Below are positions 1-10,730 of a stretch of 64,000 nucleotides of DNA, in pieces. Every line of letters begins with the position of its first letter. Positions within the stretch are counted from its first letter, which is position 1. This stretch comes from Bacteroidales bacterium (GTDB taxonomy: Bacteria; Bacteroidota; Bacteroidia; Bacteroidales; VadinHA17), in NCBI GenBank assembly GCA_963662685.1, contig OY759745.1, forward strand, positions 2,036,478-2,100,477, written 5' to 3'. The notes beneath the pieces were generated by a model. The model searched no databases, was not told where the DNA came from, and saw only the letters and a list, made by a program, of their open reading frames with translations. The position numbers were made by a program, and so were the translations under genes.

Positions 1-1
1 A

Positions 2-331
2 CTGAATAAAAAATTGAAACAGTTGGCCAGAAAATCAGCTCTCTCTTATAAGGCTTCCGATAACAAAATTATTGTTCTGGAAAACTTTGCGCTTGAGGCG
101 CCAAAGACAAAAGATATGGTCAGGATCAGCAATAATTTGGCCAATGAGAATAAAAATTTGCTTTTTGTTTTAGCGGAAAGAAATAAAAACATATATTTGT
201 CTTCCCGAAATATACAAGGTGTTGATGTTATAAATGCAAGTGAATTAACTACTTATAATATCATGAAAGCTTCAACTTTGATATTTATGGAGAGCGCGAT
301 TGACGTTTTGCAAGCAACATTTGAAAATTAA
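2..331 (+). CDS. rplD: 50S ribosomal protein L4, C-terminal part (5' end lies outside the window)
   Basis: The frame is open from the window edge. It sits directly upstream of L23-L2-S19 in the canonical S10-operon order, and the sequence is L4-like. Confidence 0.8.
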   Translation: MNKKLKQLARKSALSYKASDNKIIVLENFALEAPKTKDMVRISNNLANENKNLLFVLAERNKNIYLSSRNIQGVDVINASELTTYNIMKASTLIFMESAIDVLQATFEN

Positions 332-344
332 CATACTTCTAGTA

Positions 345-635
345 ATGGATATTTTACTTAAACCAATAGTAACGGAAAAGATGACCGGTCAGGGCGAGAA
401 ATTCAACCGCTATGGCTTTTATGTTAATAAAAAGGCCAATAAACTTCAGATAAAGAAAGCGGTAGAGGAGCTTTACGGCGTTACCGTGGACTCGGTCAAT
501 ACGATGAGGTATGGCGGCAAAGTGGTTTCCCGCAATACAAAATCGGGACTTCTGTTAGGTAAAACTAATGTGACAAAAAAAGCGATAGTTACCCTGGCGG
601 AAGGAAATGTTATTGATTTCTATAGCAATATTTAA
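345..635 (+). CDS. rplW: 50S ribosomal protein L23
   Basis: N-terminus [12 protein letters not shown] and motif [17 protein letters not shown] are L23-like. The ATG at 345 follows the L4 stop at 331; the track start at 300 overlaps L4. Confidence 0.93.
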   Translation: MDILLKPIVTEKMTGQGEKFNRYGFYVNKKANKLQIKKAVEELYGVTVDSVNTMRYGGKVVSRNTKSGLLLGKTNVTKKAIVTLAEGNVIDFYSNI

Positions 636-637
636 TA

Positions 638-1462
638 ATGGCAGTAAGAAAGATCAAGCCTGTAACACCAGGTCAGAGACACAAAACAATTAGCGCGTTT
701 GATACAATCACAAGCGCTACGCCGGAGAAATCCTTACTCCGACCGCTGAAGAAAACAGGGGGAAGGAACGTTAACGGCCACAGAACTATGAGGTACATCG
801 GTGGCGGTCACAAAAAGATGTACAGGGTTATCGATTTTCTTAGGGACAAGGATAACTACAGCGCAACAGTTAAAACAATCGAATACGATCCCAACAGATC
901 AGCCAGGATCGCTTTGGTTGTGTACGAAGATGGTGAGAAGAGATACATTATCGCGCCTGAGGGTCTTCAGGTAGGGCAGACAATCAGTTCCGGCAGCAAT
1001 ATTGCCCCTGAAGTCGGTAATACGCTTTTCCTGTCGGATATTCCACTGGGAACCCTTATTCACAATATTGAGCTTAAACCGGGTAAAGGGGCCGCAATGG
1101 CCCGCAGTGCCGGTTCTTATGCGCAGTTATCTGCCCGCGAAGGTAAATATGTTACTGTTAAACTTCCTTCAGGAGAGACAAGGTTAGTCCTTGTTTCCTG
1201 CCGTGCTACTATCGGAGTCGTTTCCAATGGCGACCATAACCTTGAAAAATCAGGCAAGGCCGGACGTTCACGCTGGAAGGGTCGTCGTCCAAGGGTCAGG
1301 GGTGTTGTTATGAACCCTGTTGATCACCCAATGGGAGGTGGTGAAGGCAGAGCTTCGGGAGGCCATCCGCGCAGCCGTAAAGGTATTCCGGCTAAGGGTT
1401 ATAAAACCAGGAACAAGAAGAAGTATTCTGAAAAACATATTGTCGAAAGAAGGAAAAAATAA
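638..1462 (+). CDS. rplB: 50S ribosomal protein L2
   Basis: Carries the L2 signature [14 protein letters not shown] and GGGHKKMYR, and occupies the expected operon position. Confidence 0.97.
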   Translation: MAVRKIKPVTPGQRHKTISAFDTITSATPEKSLLRPLKKTGGRNVNGHRTMRYIGGGHKKMYRVIDFLRDKDNYSATVKTIEYDPNRSARIALVVYEDGEKRYIIAPEGLQVGQTISSGSNIAPEVGNTLFLSDIPLGTLIHNIELKPGKGAAMARSAGSYAQLSAREGKYVTVKLPSGETRLVLVSCRATIGVVSNGDHNLEKSGKAGRSRWKGRRPRVRGVVMNPVDHPMGGGEGRASGGHPRSRKGIPAKGYKTRNKKKYSEKHIVERRKK

Positions 1463-1472
1463 CTGATTTAAT

Positions 1473-1736
1473 ATGAGCAGATCGATTAAAAAAGGCCCTT
1501 TTATAGATTATAAACTCGAGAAGAGAGTAATTGATATTAACGAGGGCGGTAAGAAAACAGTAATCAAGACATGGTCGAGAAGATCGGTTATCTCTCCGGA
1601 TTTCGTAGGTCATACGGTTGCGGTTCATAACGGGAACAAGTTTATCCCTGTATATATCACGGAAAATATGGTTGGTCACAAACTCGGTGAGTTTTCTCCA
1701 ACCCGTACCTTCAGGGGACACTCCGGTAATAAATAA
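1473..1736 (+). CDS. rpsS: 30S ribosomal protein S19
   Basis: [10 protein letters not shown]...[11 protein letters not shown] is a typical S19 sequence. Confidence 0.97.
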   Translation: MSRSIKKGPFIDYKLEKRVIDINEGGKKTVIKTWSRRSVISPDFVGHTVAVHNGNKFIPVYITENMVGHKLGEFSPTRTFRGHSGNK

Positions 1737-1770
1737 TCTGTAGTGTTGAATATTGAAAAACAATATAAAA

Positions 1771-2187
1771 ATGGGTGCAAGAAAAAGAAATAAAGCTGAG
1801 CAGAGAAAAGAGGCCGCCAGGACCAATTATCAGGCTGTCCTGAGAGACTGCCCCAGTTCCCCGAGAAAAATGCGTATCGTCGCCGATCTTATCAGGGGTA
1901 AAGAGGTGAATAAGGCTCTTGATATTCTTAAATTCAGTCCGCAATTCGCCGCACGGAAATTGGAGAAGTTGCTGTTGTCGGCTATTGCCAACTGGCAGGC
2001 TAAAAATGAGGATGTCAGGATTGAAGATAGCAATCTGTATATCAAAACGGTTATGGTTGATGGAGGCCGTACTTTGAAAAGATTGCAGACAGCTCCTCAG
2101 GGAAGGGCTTACAGGTTGAGAAAAAGGTCTAACCATGTAACCCTGGTACTTGATAGTTTAAATAAAGAAGTTGAAAAGATAGACTAG
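1771..2187 (+). CDS. rplV: 50S ribosomal protein L22
   Basis: L22-like sequence in the expected operon position. ATG at 1771 (MGARKRNK...) is preferred over the TTG at 1753. Confidence 0.93.
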   Translation: MGARKRNKAEQRKEAARTNYQAVLRDCPSSPRKMRIVADLIRGKEVNKALDILKFSPQFAARKLEKLLLSAIANWQAKNEDVRIEDSNLYIKTVMVDGGRTLKRLQTAPQGRAYRLRKRSNHVTLVLDSLNKEVEKID

Positions 2188-2190
2188 AAT

Positions 2191-2895
2191 ATGGGACAAA
2201 AAGTTAATCCGATAGGTAACAGGTTAGGAATAATCAAAGGATGGGATTCTAACTGGTATGGCGGTGATGATTTCTCCGGTAAGTTGGTGGAAGATACCAA
2301 GATCAGGGAATATCTCAGCGCAAGGCTCGCTAAAGCGAGTATTTCGAAAATTGTTATCGAAAGAACCCTTAAGCTGATAACCGTAACTGTTAATACTGCC
2401 CGTCCGGGTATTATTATCGGAAAAGGCGGCCAGGAGGTCGATAAACTCAAAGAAGAGTTGAAAAAAATTACCAAGAAAGAGGTGCAGATCAACATTTTCG
2501 AAGTTAAACGACCTGAGCTTGACGCCAGCATTGTTGCCAACAATATAGCTCGTCAGGTTGAAGGAAAGATTTCTTACCGTCGTGCTATTAAAATGGCTAT
2601 CGCATCTACCATGAGGATGGGAGCTGAAGGTATTAAAGTTCTTATTGCCGGTCGTGTCGGTGGCGTAGAGATGGCAAGGACAGAAACATATAAGGAGGGA
2701 CGTATACCTCTCCATACTTTCCGTGCAGATATTGATTACGCTCTGGCTGAAGCCCATACTAAAGTAGGCCTTGTTGGTATTAAGGTATGGATCTGTAATG
2801 GTGAGGTTTATGGCAAGAGGGATCTTAGTCCTAATATTGGCGCCAAAAGCTCAAAACCCAAAGGTTTTAAGAGAGGCCGTAAAAGTAATAAATAA
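2191..2895 (+). CDS. rpsC: 30S ribosomal protein S3
   Basis: Starts [13 protein letters not shown] and has a KH-domain-like region. Confidence 0.97.
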   Translation: MGQKVNPIGNRLGIIKGWDSNWYGGDDFSGKLVEDTKIREYLSARLAKASISKIVIERTLKLITVTVNTARPGIIIGKGGQEVDKLKEELKKITKKEVQINIFEVKRPELDASIVANNIARQVEGKISYRRAIKMAIASTMRMGAEGIKVLIAGRVGGVEMARTETYKEGRIPLHTFRADIDYALAEAHTKVGLVGIKVWICNGEVYGKRDLSPNIGAKSSKPKGFKRGRKSNK

Positions 2896-2926
2896 GAGTA
2901 TTGAAACATTATAACATAGTTTAATC

Positions 2927-3346
2927 ATGTTACAACCGAAAAGGACCGTATACAGAAGATCCCAGAAAGGAAAGATGAAAGGCAATGCCCAAAGGGGTAA
3001 CCAGTTGGCTTTTGGATCTTTTGGTATTAAAGCATTGGAAGAGTGCTGGATAACCGGTAGGCAGATAGAGGCTGTTCGTCAGGCCGTGACCCGTCATATG
3101 AAACGTGAGGGCCAGCTTTGGATCAGGGTTTTTCCCGATAAACCGATAACTAAAAAACCAGCTGAAGTCCGTATGGGTAAAGGTAAAGGTGCTCCTGAAG
3201 GATTTGTTGTTCCCGTTACTCCGGGCAGAATACTTTTCGAAGCGGAAGGTGTTCCATATGAGGTGGCTAAAGAGGCATTGCGCCTGGGAGCGCAGAAATT
3301 GCCTATTTTAACTAAGTTTGTTGTAAGACGCGATTACGTTGAGTAA
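2927..3346 (+). CDS. rplP: 50S ribosomal protein L16
   Basis: Starts [11 protein letters not shown] and contains RMGKGKG. Confidence 0.97.
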   Translation: MLQPKRTVYRRSQKGKMKGNAQRGNQLAFGSFGIKALEECWITGRQIEAVRQAVTRHMKREGQLWIRVFPDKPITKKPAEVRMGKGKGAPEGFVVPVTPGRILFEAEGVPYEVAKEALRLGAQKLPILTKFVVRRDYVE

Positions 3347-3364
3347 TATTATAATTGAATAACA

Positions 3365-3568
3365 ATGAAAACTTCAGAAATAAGGGAATTAAGCACAGCG
3401 GATCTTCTTGAGCGTCTCGACAACGAGAGGACAACTTATACCCGCATGAAACTTAATCATGCGATAACCCCACTCGATAACCCTCAGAAACTTAAAGAGG
3501 TCAGACTTACCATTGCGCGCATGTTGACCGAATTACGTTCAAGAGAGTTGAATCAGAAATCTAAATAG
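3365..3568 (+). CDS. rpmC: 50S ribosomal protein L29
   Basis: 67 aa, located between L16 and S17, with an L29-like helical sequence. Confidence 0.93.
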   Translation: MKTSEIRELSTADLLERLDNERTTYTRMKLNHAITPLDNPQKLKEVRLTIARMLTELRSRELNQKSK

Positions 3569-3578
3569 CCGATATACA

Positions 3579-3836
3579 ATGGAACAAAGGAATCTTAGAA
3601 AAGAACGTACTGGTGTCGTTGTCAGCAATAAAATGGACAAATCGATCGTGGTTGCCATTAAGTGGAAGGAGAAACATCCGATGTATGGCAAGTTCATTAA
3701 CAAGACAAAAAAGTTGATGGCGCACGATGAGGCGAATTCTTGCAATATCGGCGATACGGTACGTGTTGCGGAGACCAGGCCTCTGAGTAAAAATAAAGCC
3801 TGGAGATTAGTAGAAATCATCGAAAGAGCTAAGTAA
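3579..3836 (+). CDS. rpsQ: 30S ribosomal protein S17
   Basis: Contains [19 protein letters not shown], and the operon order fits. Confidence 0.95.
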   Translation: MEQRNLRKERTGVVVSNKMDKSIVVAIKWKEKHPMYGKFINKTKKLMAHDEANSCNIGDTVRVAETRPLSKNKAWRLVEIIERAK

Positions 3837-3838
3837 TA

Positions 3839-4204
3839 ATGATACAGCAAGAGAGTAGGCTGGCAGTAGCCGATAATTCGGGAGCCAAAGAGGTATTGTG
3901 CATCAGGGTACTTGGAGGGAGCAAAAAAAGGTACGCTTCGGTAGGCGATAAGATCGTTGTAAGCGTAAAATCCGCTCTTCCTTCAGGTGATGCTAAAAAA
4001 GGATCGGTAAGTAAAGCGGTCGTGGTGAGAACGAAAAAAGAGATCCGTCGTGCCGACGGTTCTTATATCAGATTTGATGACAACGCGGTCGTATTGTTGA
4101 ACAACCAGGACGAAGTCCGCGGTACACGTATTTTCGGACCGGTCGCCAGGGAACTTAGGGATGGGTACATGAAGATCGTTTCATTGGCCCCCGAGGTTTT
4201 ATAA
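3839..4204 (+). CDS. rplN: 50S ribosomal protein L14
   Basis: Starts [17 protein letters not shown]. Confidence 0.97.
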   Translation: MIQQESRLAVADNSGAKEVLCIRVLGGSKKRYASVGDKIVVSVKSALPSGDAKKGSVSKAVVVRTKKEIRRADGSYIRFDDNAVVLLNNQDEVRGTRIFGPVARELRDGYMKIVSLAPEVL

Positions 4205-4221
4205 TGTTTAAATAAACGACA

Positions 4222-4545
4222 ATGCAGAAGAAAATAAATATTAAGAAAGGAGATACGGTTATGGTGATAACCGGTGAATCCAAAGGACAGAAAGGGCGTG
4301 TGCTGAGCGTTATCAGAAGTAATGATAAAGCTTTGGTTGAAGGTGTTAATATGGTATCAAAACATACCAAACCGAACGCTAAGGCTCCGCAAGGCGGTAT
4401 TATCAAACAGGAGGCTCCCGTCCATATTTCGAACCTTATGCTTTTGGATCCCGCCTCCGGGCTTCCTACAAGGGTTGGAAAGAGACTGAATGAGAAAAAT
4501 AAATTAGTGCGTTATTCTAAAAAATCAGGGGAGGAGATAAAATAA
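4222..4545 (+). CDS. rplX: 50S ribosomal protein L24
   Basis: KOW-like [19 protein letters not shown]. The stop overlaps the rplE ATG (ATAATG). Confidence 0.95.
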   Translation: MQKKINIKKGDTVMVITGESKGQKGRVLSVIRSNDKALVEGVNMVSKHTKPNAKAPQGGIIKQEAPVHISNLMLLDPASGLPTRVGKRLNEKNKLVRYSKKSGEEIK

Positions 4546-5096
4546 TGTATGTACCTGCGCTAAGTAAAAAATATTCGGATGAGATCGTTCCCGCATTGAC
4601 CAAAGATTTTGGCTACAAAACTGTCATGCAGGTTCCGAAACTCGAAAAAATAGTGATCAATCAGGGTGTTGGTCAAGCAATAGCCGATAAGAAACTCCTT
4701 GAAACAGGGGTTAAAGAGTTGTCAGATATAGCCGGACAGAAAGCTGTCCTGACATATTCCTCAAAAGACATATCCAACTTTAAACTAAGGAAGAATATGC
4801 CTATAGGCATCATGGTTACCCTTAGAAAAGAGAGAATGTACGAATTTTTGGAAAGACTTGTTTCAGTGGCGCTTCCCCGTATCCGTGATTTCAAGGGGAT
4901 CAACTCCAAACTTGACGGAAGGGGCAATTATACGTTGGGTATAACCGAACAGATTATTTTTCCCGAGATAGATCTCGATAAAATCGCTAAAATAATGGGT
5001 TTGCAGATTACTTTTGTTACATCCGCAAATACAGATGAAGAGGCATATGCCTTGCTGAAATACTTTGGTTTACCGTTCAAAACATCTAAAAACTGA
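4545..5096 (+). CDS. rplE: 50S ribosomal protein L5
   Basis: L5-like sequence in the expected spc-operon position. Confidence 0.96.
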   Translation: MYVPALSKKYSDEIVPALTKDFGYKTVMQVPKLEKIVINQGVGQAIADKKLLETGVKELSDIAGQKAVLTYSSKDISNFKLRKNMPIGIMVTLRKERMYEFLERLVSVALPRIRDFKGINSKLDGRGNYTLGITEQIIFPEIDLDKIAKIMGLQITFVTSANTDEEAYALLKYFGLPFKTSKN

Positions 5097-5100
5097 TTTA

Positions 5101-5370
5101 ATGGCAAAAGAATCGATGAAAGCCCGCGAAGTTAAACGCGAAAGAATGGCTAAAAAATATGCGGCAAAACGTGCCCAGCTTAAGGCTGAAGGTGACTATA
5201 TAGGATTAAGCCGTTTACCTAGGAATTCTAACCCTATAAGACAGCACAACAGGTGCAAACTTACAGGTCGGCCCAAGGGGTACATGAGGCAATTTGGTAT
5301 TAGCAGGATAACTTTCAGGGAGATGGCTTCCTCAGGGTTGATACCAGGAGTAAAAAAGGCCAGTTGGTAA
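5101..5370 (+). CDS. rpsN: 30S ribosomal protein S14 (long form)
   Basis: [13 protein letters not shown]...[14 protein letters not shown] at 5101 is preferred over the upstream alternative at 5065. Confidence 0.94.
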   Translation: MAKESMKAREVKRERMAKKYAAKRAQLKAEGDYIGLSRLPRNSNPIRQHNRCKLTGRPKGYMRQFGISRITFREMASSGLIPGVKKASW

Positions 5371-5407
5371 TAGTAATGAGAATAATACATTTTATAAATA
5401 GATAGAG

Positions 5408-5806
5408 ATGACTGATCCAATTGCAGATTTACTGACCAGAATAAGAAATGCCATTATGGCGGGTCATAAAGTTGTCGAGGTACCATCGTCAAAACTAAAG
5501 AAAGAAATAGCTAGGATACTTTTTGAAAAAGGCTACATATTAAGCTATAAGGTTGTTGAGGATGAAGGAGCGTTTCCGGTATTGAAGATAGCTCTTAAAT
5601 ATAACCCAAAAACAAAATTACCGGCGATTAAAGCTCTCGGAAGAGTGAGCCGTCCCGGTTTGAGAAACTACGCCGGTGTTGATAATATGCCCAGAGTATT
5701 GAACGGTTTGGGTATAGCGATTATTTCTACTTCCAAAGGTCTTATGACCGATAAGGAGGCAAGAAAGGATAATATCGGTGGAGAAGTATTGTGTTACGTA
5801 TACTAA
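5408..5806 (+). CDS. rpsH: 30S ribosomal protein S8
   Basis: Starts [15 protein letters not shown]. Confidence 0.97.
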   Translation: MTDPIADLLTRIRNAIMAGHKVVEVPSSKLKKEIARILFEKGYILSYKVVEDEGAFPVLKIALKYNPKTKLPAIKALGRVSRPGLRNYAGVDNMPRVLNGLGIAIISTSKGLMTDKEARKDNIGGEVLCYVY

Positions 5807-5808
5807 TT

Positions 5809-5814
5809 AGGAGG
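5809..5814 (+). promoter_or_regulatory. Canonical Shine-Dalgarno (AGGAGG) 8 nt upstream of the rplF ATG
   Basis: The sequence reads taAGGAGGaaaacggaATG. No comparable purine-rich SD is visible ahead of the other ribosomal genes in this cluster. Confidence 0.5.
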
Positions 5815-5822
5815 AAAACGGA

Positions 5823-6380
5823 ATGTCAAGAATAGGAAAATTACCTGTAAACCTGCCATCTGGTGTAACTGTGAATATCAGCGATACCAATTTGGTCAGT
5901 GTGAAAGGACCTTTGGGGGAGCTTAGTCAGAAAGTAGACGGGGACCTGAAGGTTGAAGTTGAAAGCAACCAGATTATAATTACCAGACCTTCGGATTCAA
6001 AAAGTCACAAATCACTGCATGGTCTTTACAGGGCTCTTATTGCCAACATGGTGGCGGGAGTTTCTGAAGGATATAAAAAGGAGCTTGAACTCGTAGGCGT
6101 TGGTTATCGCGCCGAAGCGAAGGGACAACGACTTGAATTGAGTCTTGGTTATTCCCATGATATTGTTATTGAACTGCCTACAGAGGTTAAGGTTGAAACC
6201 AAAACAGAGAGAAGGAGCAACCCAATAATTACCCTTTCCAGTATCGATAAACAGTTGATAGGTCACGTAGCCGCTAAAATCAGATCACTCCGTCCGCCAG
6301 AGCCGTATAAAGGTAAAGGTATTAAATTTGTTGGTGAGACGCTTAGGAGGAAAGCCGGTAAATCAGCCGCTTCCAAATAG
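5823..6380 (+). CDS. rplF: 50S ribosomal protein L6
   Basis: Starts MSRIGKLPV and contains PEPYKGKGI. Confidence 0.97.
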   Translation: MSRIGKLPVNLPSGVTVNISDTNLVSVKGPLGELSQKVDGDLKVEVESNQIIITRPSDSKSHKSLHGLYRALIANMVAGVSEGYKKELELVGVGYRAEAKGQRLELSLGYSHDIVIELPTEVKVETKTERRSNPIITLSSIDKQLIGHVAAKIRSLRPPEPYKGKGIKFVGETLRRKAGKSAASK

Positions 6381-6463
6381 AAAACAGGTTACGTGTTAAT
6401 TTGAAGTATTGGTTAATAATAGAGGAGACGGTAAACTGGCCGTCCAGGTAAAAAACAGAAAAA

Positions 6464-6823
6464 ATGGCCTTAACTAAATTAGAAAAGAGAAAAAGGATCA
6501 AACTAAGGATCCGGAAAAAAATAAGCGGCTCGGCTGATACTCCGAGGCTGGCAGTTTTTCGCAGCAATAAACAGATATATGTTCAAGCTATCGATGATCT
6601 TAACAGAATAACCATTATATCAGCCTCTTCCAAAGAAAAAGAGATAACTGAAAAAGGTCAGATGAATAAAACAGAACAGGCTAATCTCGTAGGAAAACTC
6701 CTCGCCTCCAAATGTAAAGAAAAAGGAATTGAGACGGTTGTATTCGACAGAAACGGGTACAAATATCATGGCAGAATTAAATCATTGGCAGATGGGGCCC
6801 GTGAAGGTGGTCTAAAATTTTAA
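6464..6823 (+). CDS. rplR: 50S ribosomal protein L18
   Basis: Contains [15 protein letters not shown] and [19 protein letters not shown]. Confidence 0.96.
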   Translation: MALTKLEKRKRIKLRIRKKISGSADTPRLAVFRSNKQIYVQAIDDLNRITIISASSKEKEITEKGQMNKTEQANLVGKLLASKCKEKGIETVVFDRNGYKYHGRIKSLADGAREGGLKF

Positions 6824-6829
6824 TTGATT

Positions 6830-7345
6830 ATGGCAGAAGGTATAAGAAAAGTAAAAACCAGCGATCTCGAACTCAAGGACAGGCTGGTAAGTATCCAAAG
6901 GGTTACAAAGGTGACCAAGGGAGGTCGCACGTTCAGTTTCTCGGCCATAGTGGTTGTAGGAAATGAGGATGGTATAGTTGGCTATGGTCTTGGTAAAGCC
7001 GGTGAGGTTACAACGGCCATATCCAAAGGAGTTGAAGACGCTAAGAAAAACCTTATCAAGGTGCCTGTTATCAATGGTACTATACCTCACGAACAGGTGG
7101 CAAAATATGGTGGTGCGCAGGTTCTCCTGAGACCAGCCTCTCCTGGTACGGGTGTTAAGGCCGGTGGTGCTATGCGCGCTGTGCTTGAAAGTGTTGGTAT
7201 ACATAACGTTTTGGCTAAATCAAAAGGCTCTTCAAACCCACACAACCTTGTGAAAGCTACTTTTACCGCCCTTACTGAGTTGCGCGACCCTATCGCGGTG
7301 GCACAGCAAAGAGGCGTAACAATGGACAAAGTATTTAATGGTTAG
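6830..7345 (+). CDS. rpsE: 30S ribosomal protein S5
   Basis: Contains [16 protein letters not shown] at 6830 is preferred; the track start at 6824 is TTG. Confidence 0.95.
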   Translation: MAEGIRKVKTSDLELKDRLVSIQRVTKVTKGGRTFSFSAIVVVGNEDGIVGYGLGKAGEVTTAISKGVEDAKKNLIKVPVINGTIPHEQVAKYGGAQVLLRPASPGTGVKAGGAMRAVLESVGIHNVLAKSKGSSNPHNLVKATFTALTELRDPIAVAQQRGVTMDKVFNG

Positions 7346-7360
7346 AAAATAGTGATAACT

Positions 7361-7540
7361 ATGGCAAAAATTCGCATAACCCAGGTAAAAAGTAAAATAG
7401 GAAAACCGGAGAGACAGAAAAGGACTCTGGAAGCTCTTGGTATCCGGAAATTAAATCATAGTGTCGAACATGAAGCTACCCCACAGATATTAGGGATGGT
7501 GGAAAAAGTCAGACACTTAGTTGTTATTGAGAATATTTAA
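7361..7540 (+). CDS. rpmD: 50S ribosomal protein L30
   Basis: MAKIRITQVKS...LGI. ATG at 7361 is preferred; the track start at 7352 is GTG. Confidence 0.94.
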   Translation: MAKIRITQVKSKIGKPERQKRTLEALGIRKLNHSVEHEATPQILGMVEKVRHLVVIENI

Positions 7541-7568
7541 GGTATAAACGTATTTCAGATATAAAGTA

Positions 7569-8015
7569 ATGGATTTAAGCAACTTAAAACCCGCTAAAGG
7601 TTCAATAAAGAAAAGCGTACGTCTAGGTCGCGGCCAAGGTTCCGGTAAGGGTGGTACCTCTACAAGGGGACACAAAGGAGCGAAATCGCGCTCAGGGTAT
7701 AGCAAGAAGATCGGTTTTGAAGGTGGCCAGATGCCGCTTCAGAGAAGGGTTCCTAAATTCGGTTTCAAGAATATAAACCGTGTTGAGTATAAGGGAATAA
7801 ATCTTGGTACGCTCCAGGATCTGGCTGAATTGAATAATCTGGATAAGATTGATATTGATACTTTGATAGCCGCTGGTTTGATCAACAAAAGATCAAAAGT
7901 AAAAATTCTGGGCAAAGGAACTTTAGATAAAAAACTTGAGGTTTCCGCTCATGCGTTCAGTAAAACGGCTATTGAGGCTATTGAGGCGAAAGAAGGAACT
8001 GTTGTAAAACTGTAG
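7569..8015 (+). CDS. rplO: 50S ribosomal protein L15
   Basis: Contains LKPAKGS...GRGQGSGKGGTSTRGHKG. Confidence 0.96.
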   Translation: MDLSNLKPAKGSIKKSVRLGRGQGSGKGGTSTRGHKGAKSRSGYSKKIGFEGGQMPLQRRVPKFGFKNINRVEYKGINLGTLQDLAELNNLDKIDIDTLIAAGLINKRSKVKILGKGTLDKKLEVSAHAFSKTAIEAIEAKEGTVVKL

Positions 8016-8214
8016 CCTATTTGATCCGCACCTGAATTGTTAGTTTAATTCAAGAATGAGCCAAATGACTCGCAGATAAGATAAATAAAGTTATAATGAA
8101 GCCCAAATGTAACCTCTGCCCAAACTCTGTTAAAAACAATCAAGGGTACATGTGGGTTTAACTAGGTTGAGCCCTTAGGGGTTCAGCAGACAATTAAAAT
8201 TAAATTATACTCTG

Positions 8215-9540
8215 ATGAAACGATTGATTCAGACAATACAGAATATTTTAAAGATAGAAGATCTTAAGGCGCGTCTTGGCTTTACACTAATGATAATACT
8301 TGTTTACCGTTTCGGTAAATATATTACTTTGCCAGGGATCGATCCCACTCAACTTGAAAATCTGAGCAGACAAACCTCTTCAGGTGTTATGGGGTTGTTG
8401 GATATGTTTTCGGGCGGTGCTTTTTCCCAGGCTTCGGTCTTCGCTTTGGGTATAATGCCATATATCTCCGCATCAATCGTAGTCCAACTTATGGGGATAG
8501 TTTTTCCTTATTTCCAGAAGTTGCAGAGAGAGGGTGAAAGCGGTCAGCGCAAACTGAATCAATATACCCGTTATATCACTATTCTTATCCTTGCACTTCA
8601 GGCTCCGAGTTATCTTGTTAACCTGACATCACAACTTCCCGCTTCAGCGTTCATCCTGTCCGGGACTTTCTTTAAGTTGTCTTCAATAATTATTCTAACT
8701 GCCGGTACTATGTTCGTTATGTGGCTTGGCGAGAGAATAACGGACAAAGGGATAGGTAACGGTATTTCATTGATAATTATGATTGGTATTATTGCCAGGC
8801 TTCCCAGTAACTTTATTTTTGAAGCCGGTGCCAGAATGAATGGTGCTGGTGGTATGATAGCACTGATAGTTGAGATGGTTATTCTATACGCAATAATTTT
8901 GGGAACAATATTGTTGGTACAGGGAACCCGAAGGATACCTGTACAATATGCACGCAGGATAGTGGGCAATAAGCAATATGGCGGGGTTCGCCAATATATT
9001 CCACTGAAGGTTAACGCTGCTGGTGTTATGCCTATAATTTTCGCCCAGGCGATCATGATGTTACCGATAATTATAGCGGGCTATTCAAATTCAGGCTCCG
9101 GTTTCATGATAGCGTTCTCGAATATGTATGGCTTTTGGTATAATTTTGTAACCGCTGTGCTTATTATATTGTTTACCTATTTTTATACGGCCATTACTAT
9201 TAACCCGGTTCAAATGGCTGATGATATGAAGAAAAACGGAGGTTTTATCCCGGGAGTTAAACCTGGAAGGAAAACGGTTGAGTTTTTTGACGATATTATG
9301 TCGAAGATAACCCTTCCCGGTTCTATATTCCTTGCAATAATCGCTATTCTGCCGGCAATAGCTGTTAAGGCTGGAGTTTCAGCTGAGTTTGCCCAGTTTT
9401 ATGGTGGCACCTCCCTGTTGATCCTTGTTGGGGTAATACTTGATACACTCCAGCAGATTGAAAGTCACCTGCTGATGCGACACTATGATGGCTTGATGAA
9501 ATCAGGTCGTATAAAAGGTCGGACCGGAGGCAGGTCATAA
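8215..9540 (+). CDS. secY: Preprotein translocase subunit SecY
   Basis: 441-aa polytopic membrane protein following rplO, with SecY-like motifs (GIMPYISASI, GERITDKGIGNGISL). Confidence 0.96.
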   Translation: MKRLIQTIQNILKIEDLKARLGFTLMIILVYRFGKYITLPGIDPTQLENLSRQTSSGVMGLLDMFSGGAFSQASVFALGIMPYISASIVVQLMGIVFPYFQKLQREGESGQRKLNQYTRYITILILALQAPSYLVNLTSQLPASAFILSGTFFKLSSIIILTAGTMFVMWLGERITDKGIGNGISLIIMIGIIARLPSNFIFEAGARMNGAGGMIALIVEMVILYAIILGTILLVQGTRRIPVQYARRIVGNKQYGGVRQYIPLKVNAAGVMPIIFAQAIMMLPIIIAGYSNSGSGFMIAFSNMYGFWYNFVTAVLIILFTYFYTAITINPVQMADDMKKNGGFIPGVKPGRKTVEFFDDIMSKITLPGSIFLAIIAILPAIAVKAGVSAEFAQFYGGTSLLILVGVILDTLQQIESHLLMRHYDGLMKSGRIKGRTGGRS

Positions 9541-9561
9541 ATTTAAAGATAGTTCTTTGTA

Positions 9562-10338
9562 ATGTTACACTGCAAGAATGAAAAAGAGGTAGAGCTTCTC
9601 AGAAAGAGTAACCTTTTGGTTTCGCTGACGTTAGCCGAATTGGCAAAACATATTAAACCAGGGGTCACTACATCTTATCTGGATGCTATCGCCGAGAGTT
9701 TCATTCGCGATAACGGGGCGGTTCCAGCCTTTAAGGGGTATAATGGATTTCCGGCAACTCTGTGTGCGTCTGTTAATGATACGATTGTACACGGAATACC
9801 ATCTGACCAGGAGTTGAAAGAAGGGGATATTATATCTGTTGATTGTGGAGTAGTAATGGCTGGTTATGTTGGAGATAGCGCTTTCACTTTTCCTGTGGGA
9901 ACGATATCCGAAGAAGCCGTGAAACTACTTGAATATACAAGGGCGTCCCTGGAAGAGGGTATTGAAAAGGCTGTTGCGGGCAACAGGGTAGGAGACGTTT
10001 CGCATGCGGTCCAGAAAAAGGCTGAAAGTGGCGGATTCTCTGTTGTAAGGGAGTTTGTTGGTCACGGGATCGGAAAGAAAATGCACGAATCTCCCGAAGT
10101 CCCGAACTTCGGACGACAGGGAACGGGTCCGTTAATGAGAAAAGGATTGGTTATCTGTATTGAGCCAATGATAAACCTTGGCGACAAAGGGGTGAGGATG
10201 CTCAATGACGGATGGACAGTAAAGACGATAGATGGCAAATACTCGGCACATTTTGAGAAAGCTGTGGCGATCGGCAAAGACAAAGCTGATGTATTAACGA
10301 CATTTGATTATATTGATGAAGTATTAACCGGAAAGTAA
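9562..10338 (+). CDS. map: Type I methionine aminopeptidase
   Basis: Contains VCHGIP-like TIVHGIP, the DxxxD region ISVDCGV and HGIG, in the position after secY. Confidence 0.94.
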   Translation: MLHCKNEKEVELLRKSNLLVSLTLAELAKHIKPGVTTSYLDAIAESFIRDNGAVPAFKGYNGFPATLCASVNDTIVHGIPSDQELKEGDIISVDCGVVMAGYVGDSAFTFPVGTISEEAVKLLEYTRASLEEGIEKAVAGNRVGDVSHAVQKKAESGGFSVVREFVGHGIGKKMHESPEVPNFGRQGTGPLMRKGLVICIEPMINLGDKGVRMLNDGWTVKTIDGKYSAHFEKAVAIGKDKADVLTTFDYIDEVLTGK

Positions 10339-10341
10339 CTT

Positions 10342-10560
10342 ATGGCAAAACAAGCTTCCATAGAACAGGATGGTACGATAATAGAGGCCCTCTCCAATGC
10401 GATGTTCAGGGTAGAACTCGAAAACGGCCATATTATAACGGCCCATATTTCGGGTAAAATGCGAATGCACTATATCAAAATACTACCCGGAGATAGAGTA
10501 AAAGTTGAGATGTCGCCATATGACCTTGCAAAGGGAAGGATAACATTTAGATACAAATAA
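10342..10560 (+). CDS. infA: Translation initiation factor IF-1
   Basis: 72 aa with an S1-like sequence ([20 protein letters not shown]...). Confidence 0.97.
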   Translation: MAKQASIEQDGTIIEALSNAMFRVELENGHIITAHISGKMRMHYIKILPGDRVKVEMSPYDLAKGRITFRYK

Positions 10561-10575
10561 GAAATTTTTACGGAA

Positions 10576-10692
10576 ATGAAAGTAAGAGCATCTGTTAAGA
10601 AACGTAGCGCCGACTGTAAGATAGTTCGCAGGAAGGGGCGTATTTATGTAATAAACAAGAAAAATCCCAAGTTCAAACAAAGACAGGGATAA
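10576..10692 (+). CDS. rpmJ: 50S ribosomal protein L36
   Basis: Hand translation gives [38 protein letters not shown]. It lies between infA and rpsM and is too short for the ORF track. Confidence 0.93.
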   Translation: MKVRASVKKRSADCKIVRRKGRIYVINKKNPKFKQRQG

Positions 10693-10730
10693 TTTGATTA
10701 ATTTTGCAACCTAATTAAGAAAATTATTAT

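Noticed and set aside
1392-2757. Several long minus-strand ORFs (1392-1826, 1711-2136, 1830-2045, 2184-2543, 2224-2757) lie antisense to the ribosomal protein genes.
   Set aside because: They lie entirely within, and antisense to, unmistakable and highly conserved ribosomal genes. Their translations are low-complexity with no recognisable motifs. They are typical shadow ORFs.
8016-8214. A possible tRNA or other known RNA gene in the rplO-secY spacer and in the other large gaps (32051-32346, 41559-41825, 46002-46271).
   Set aside because: I found no cloverleaf-compatible arms and no GTTCRANYC T-loop box by eye. The 46002-46271 gap is explained by a terminator and leader sequence. This was not verified with tRNAscan or Infernal.
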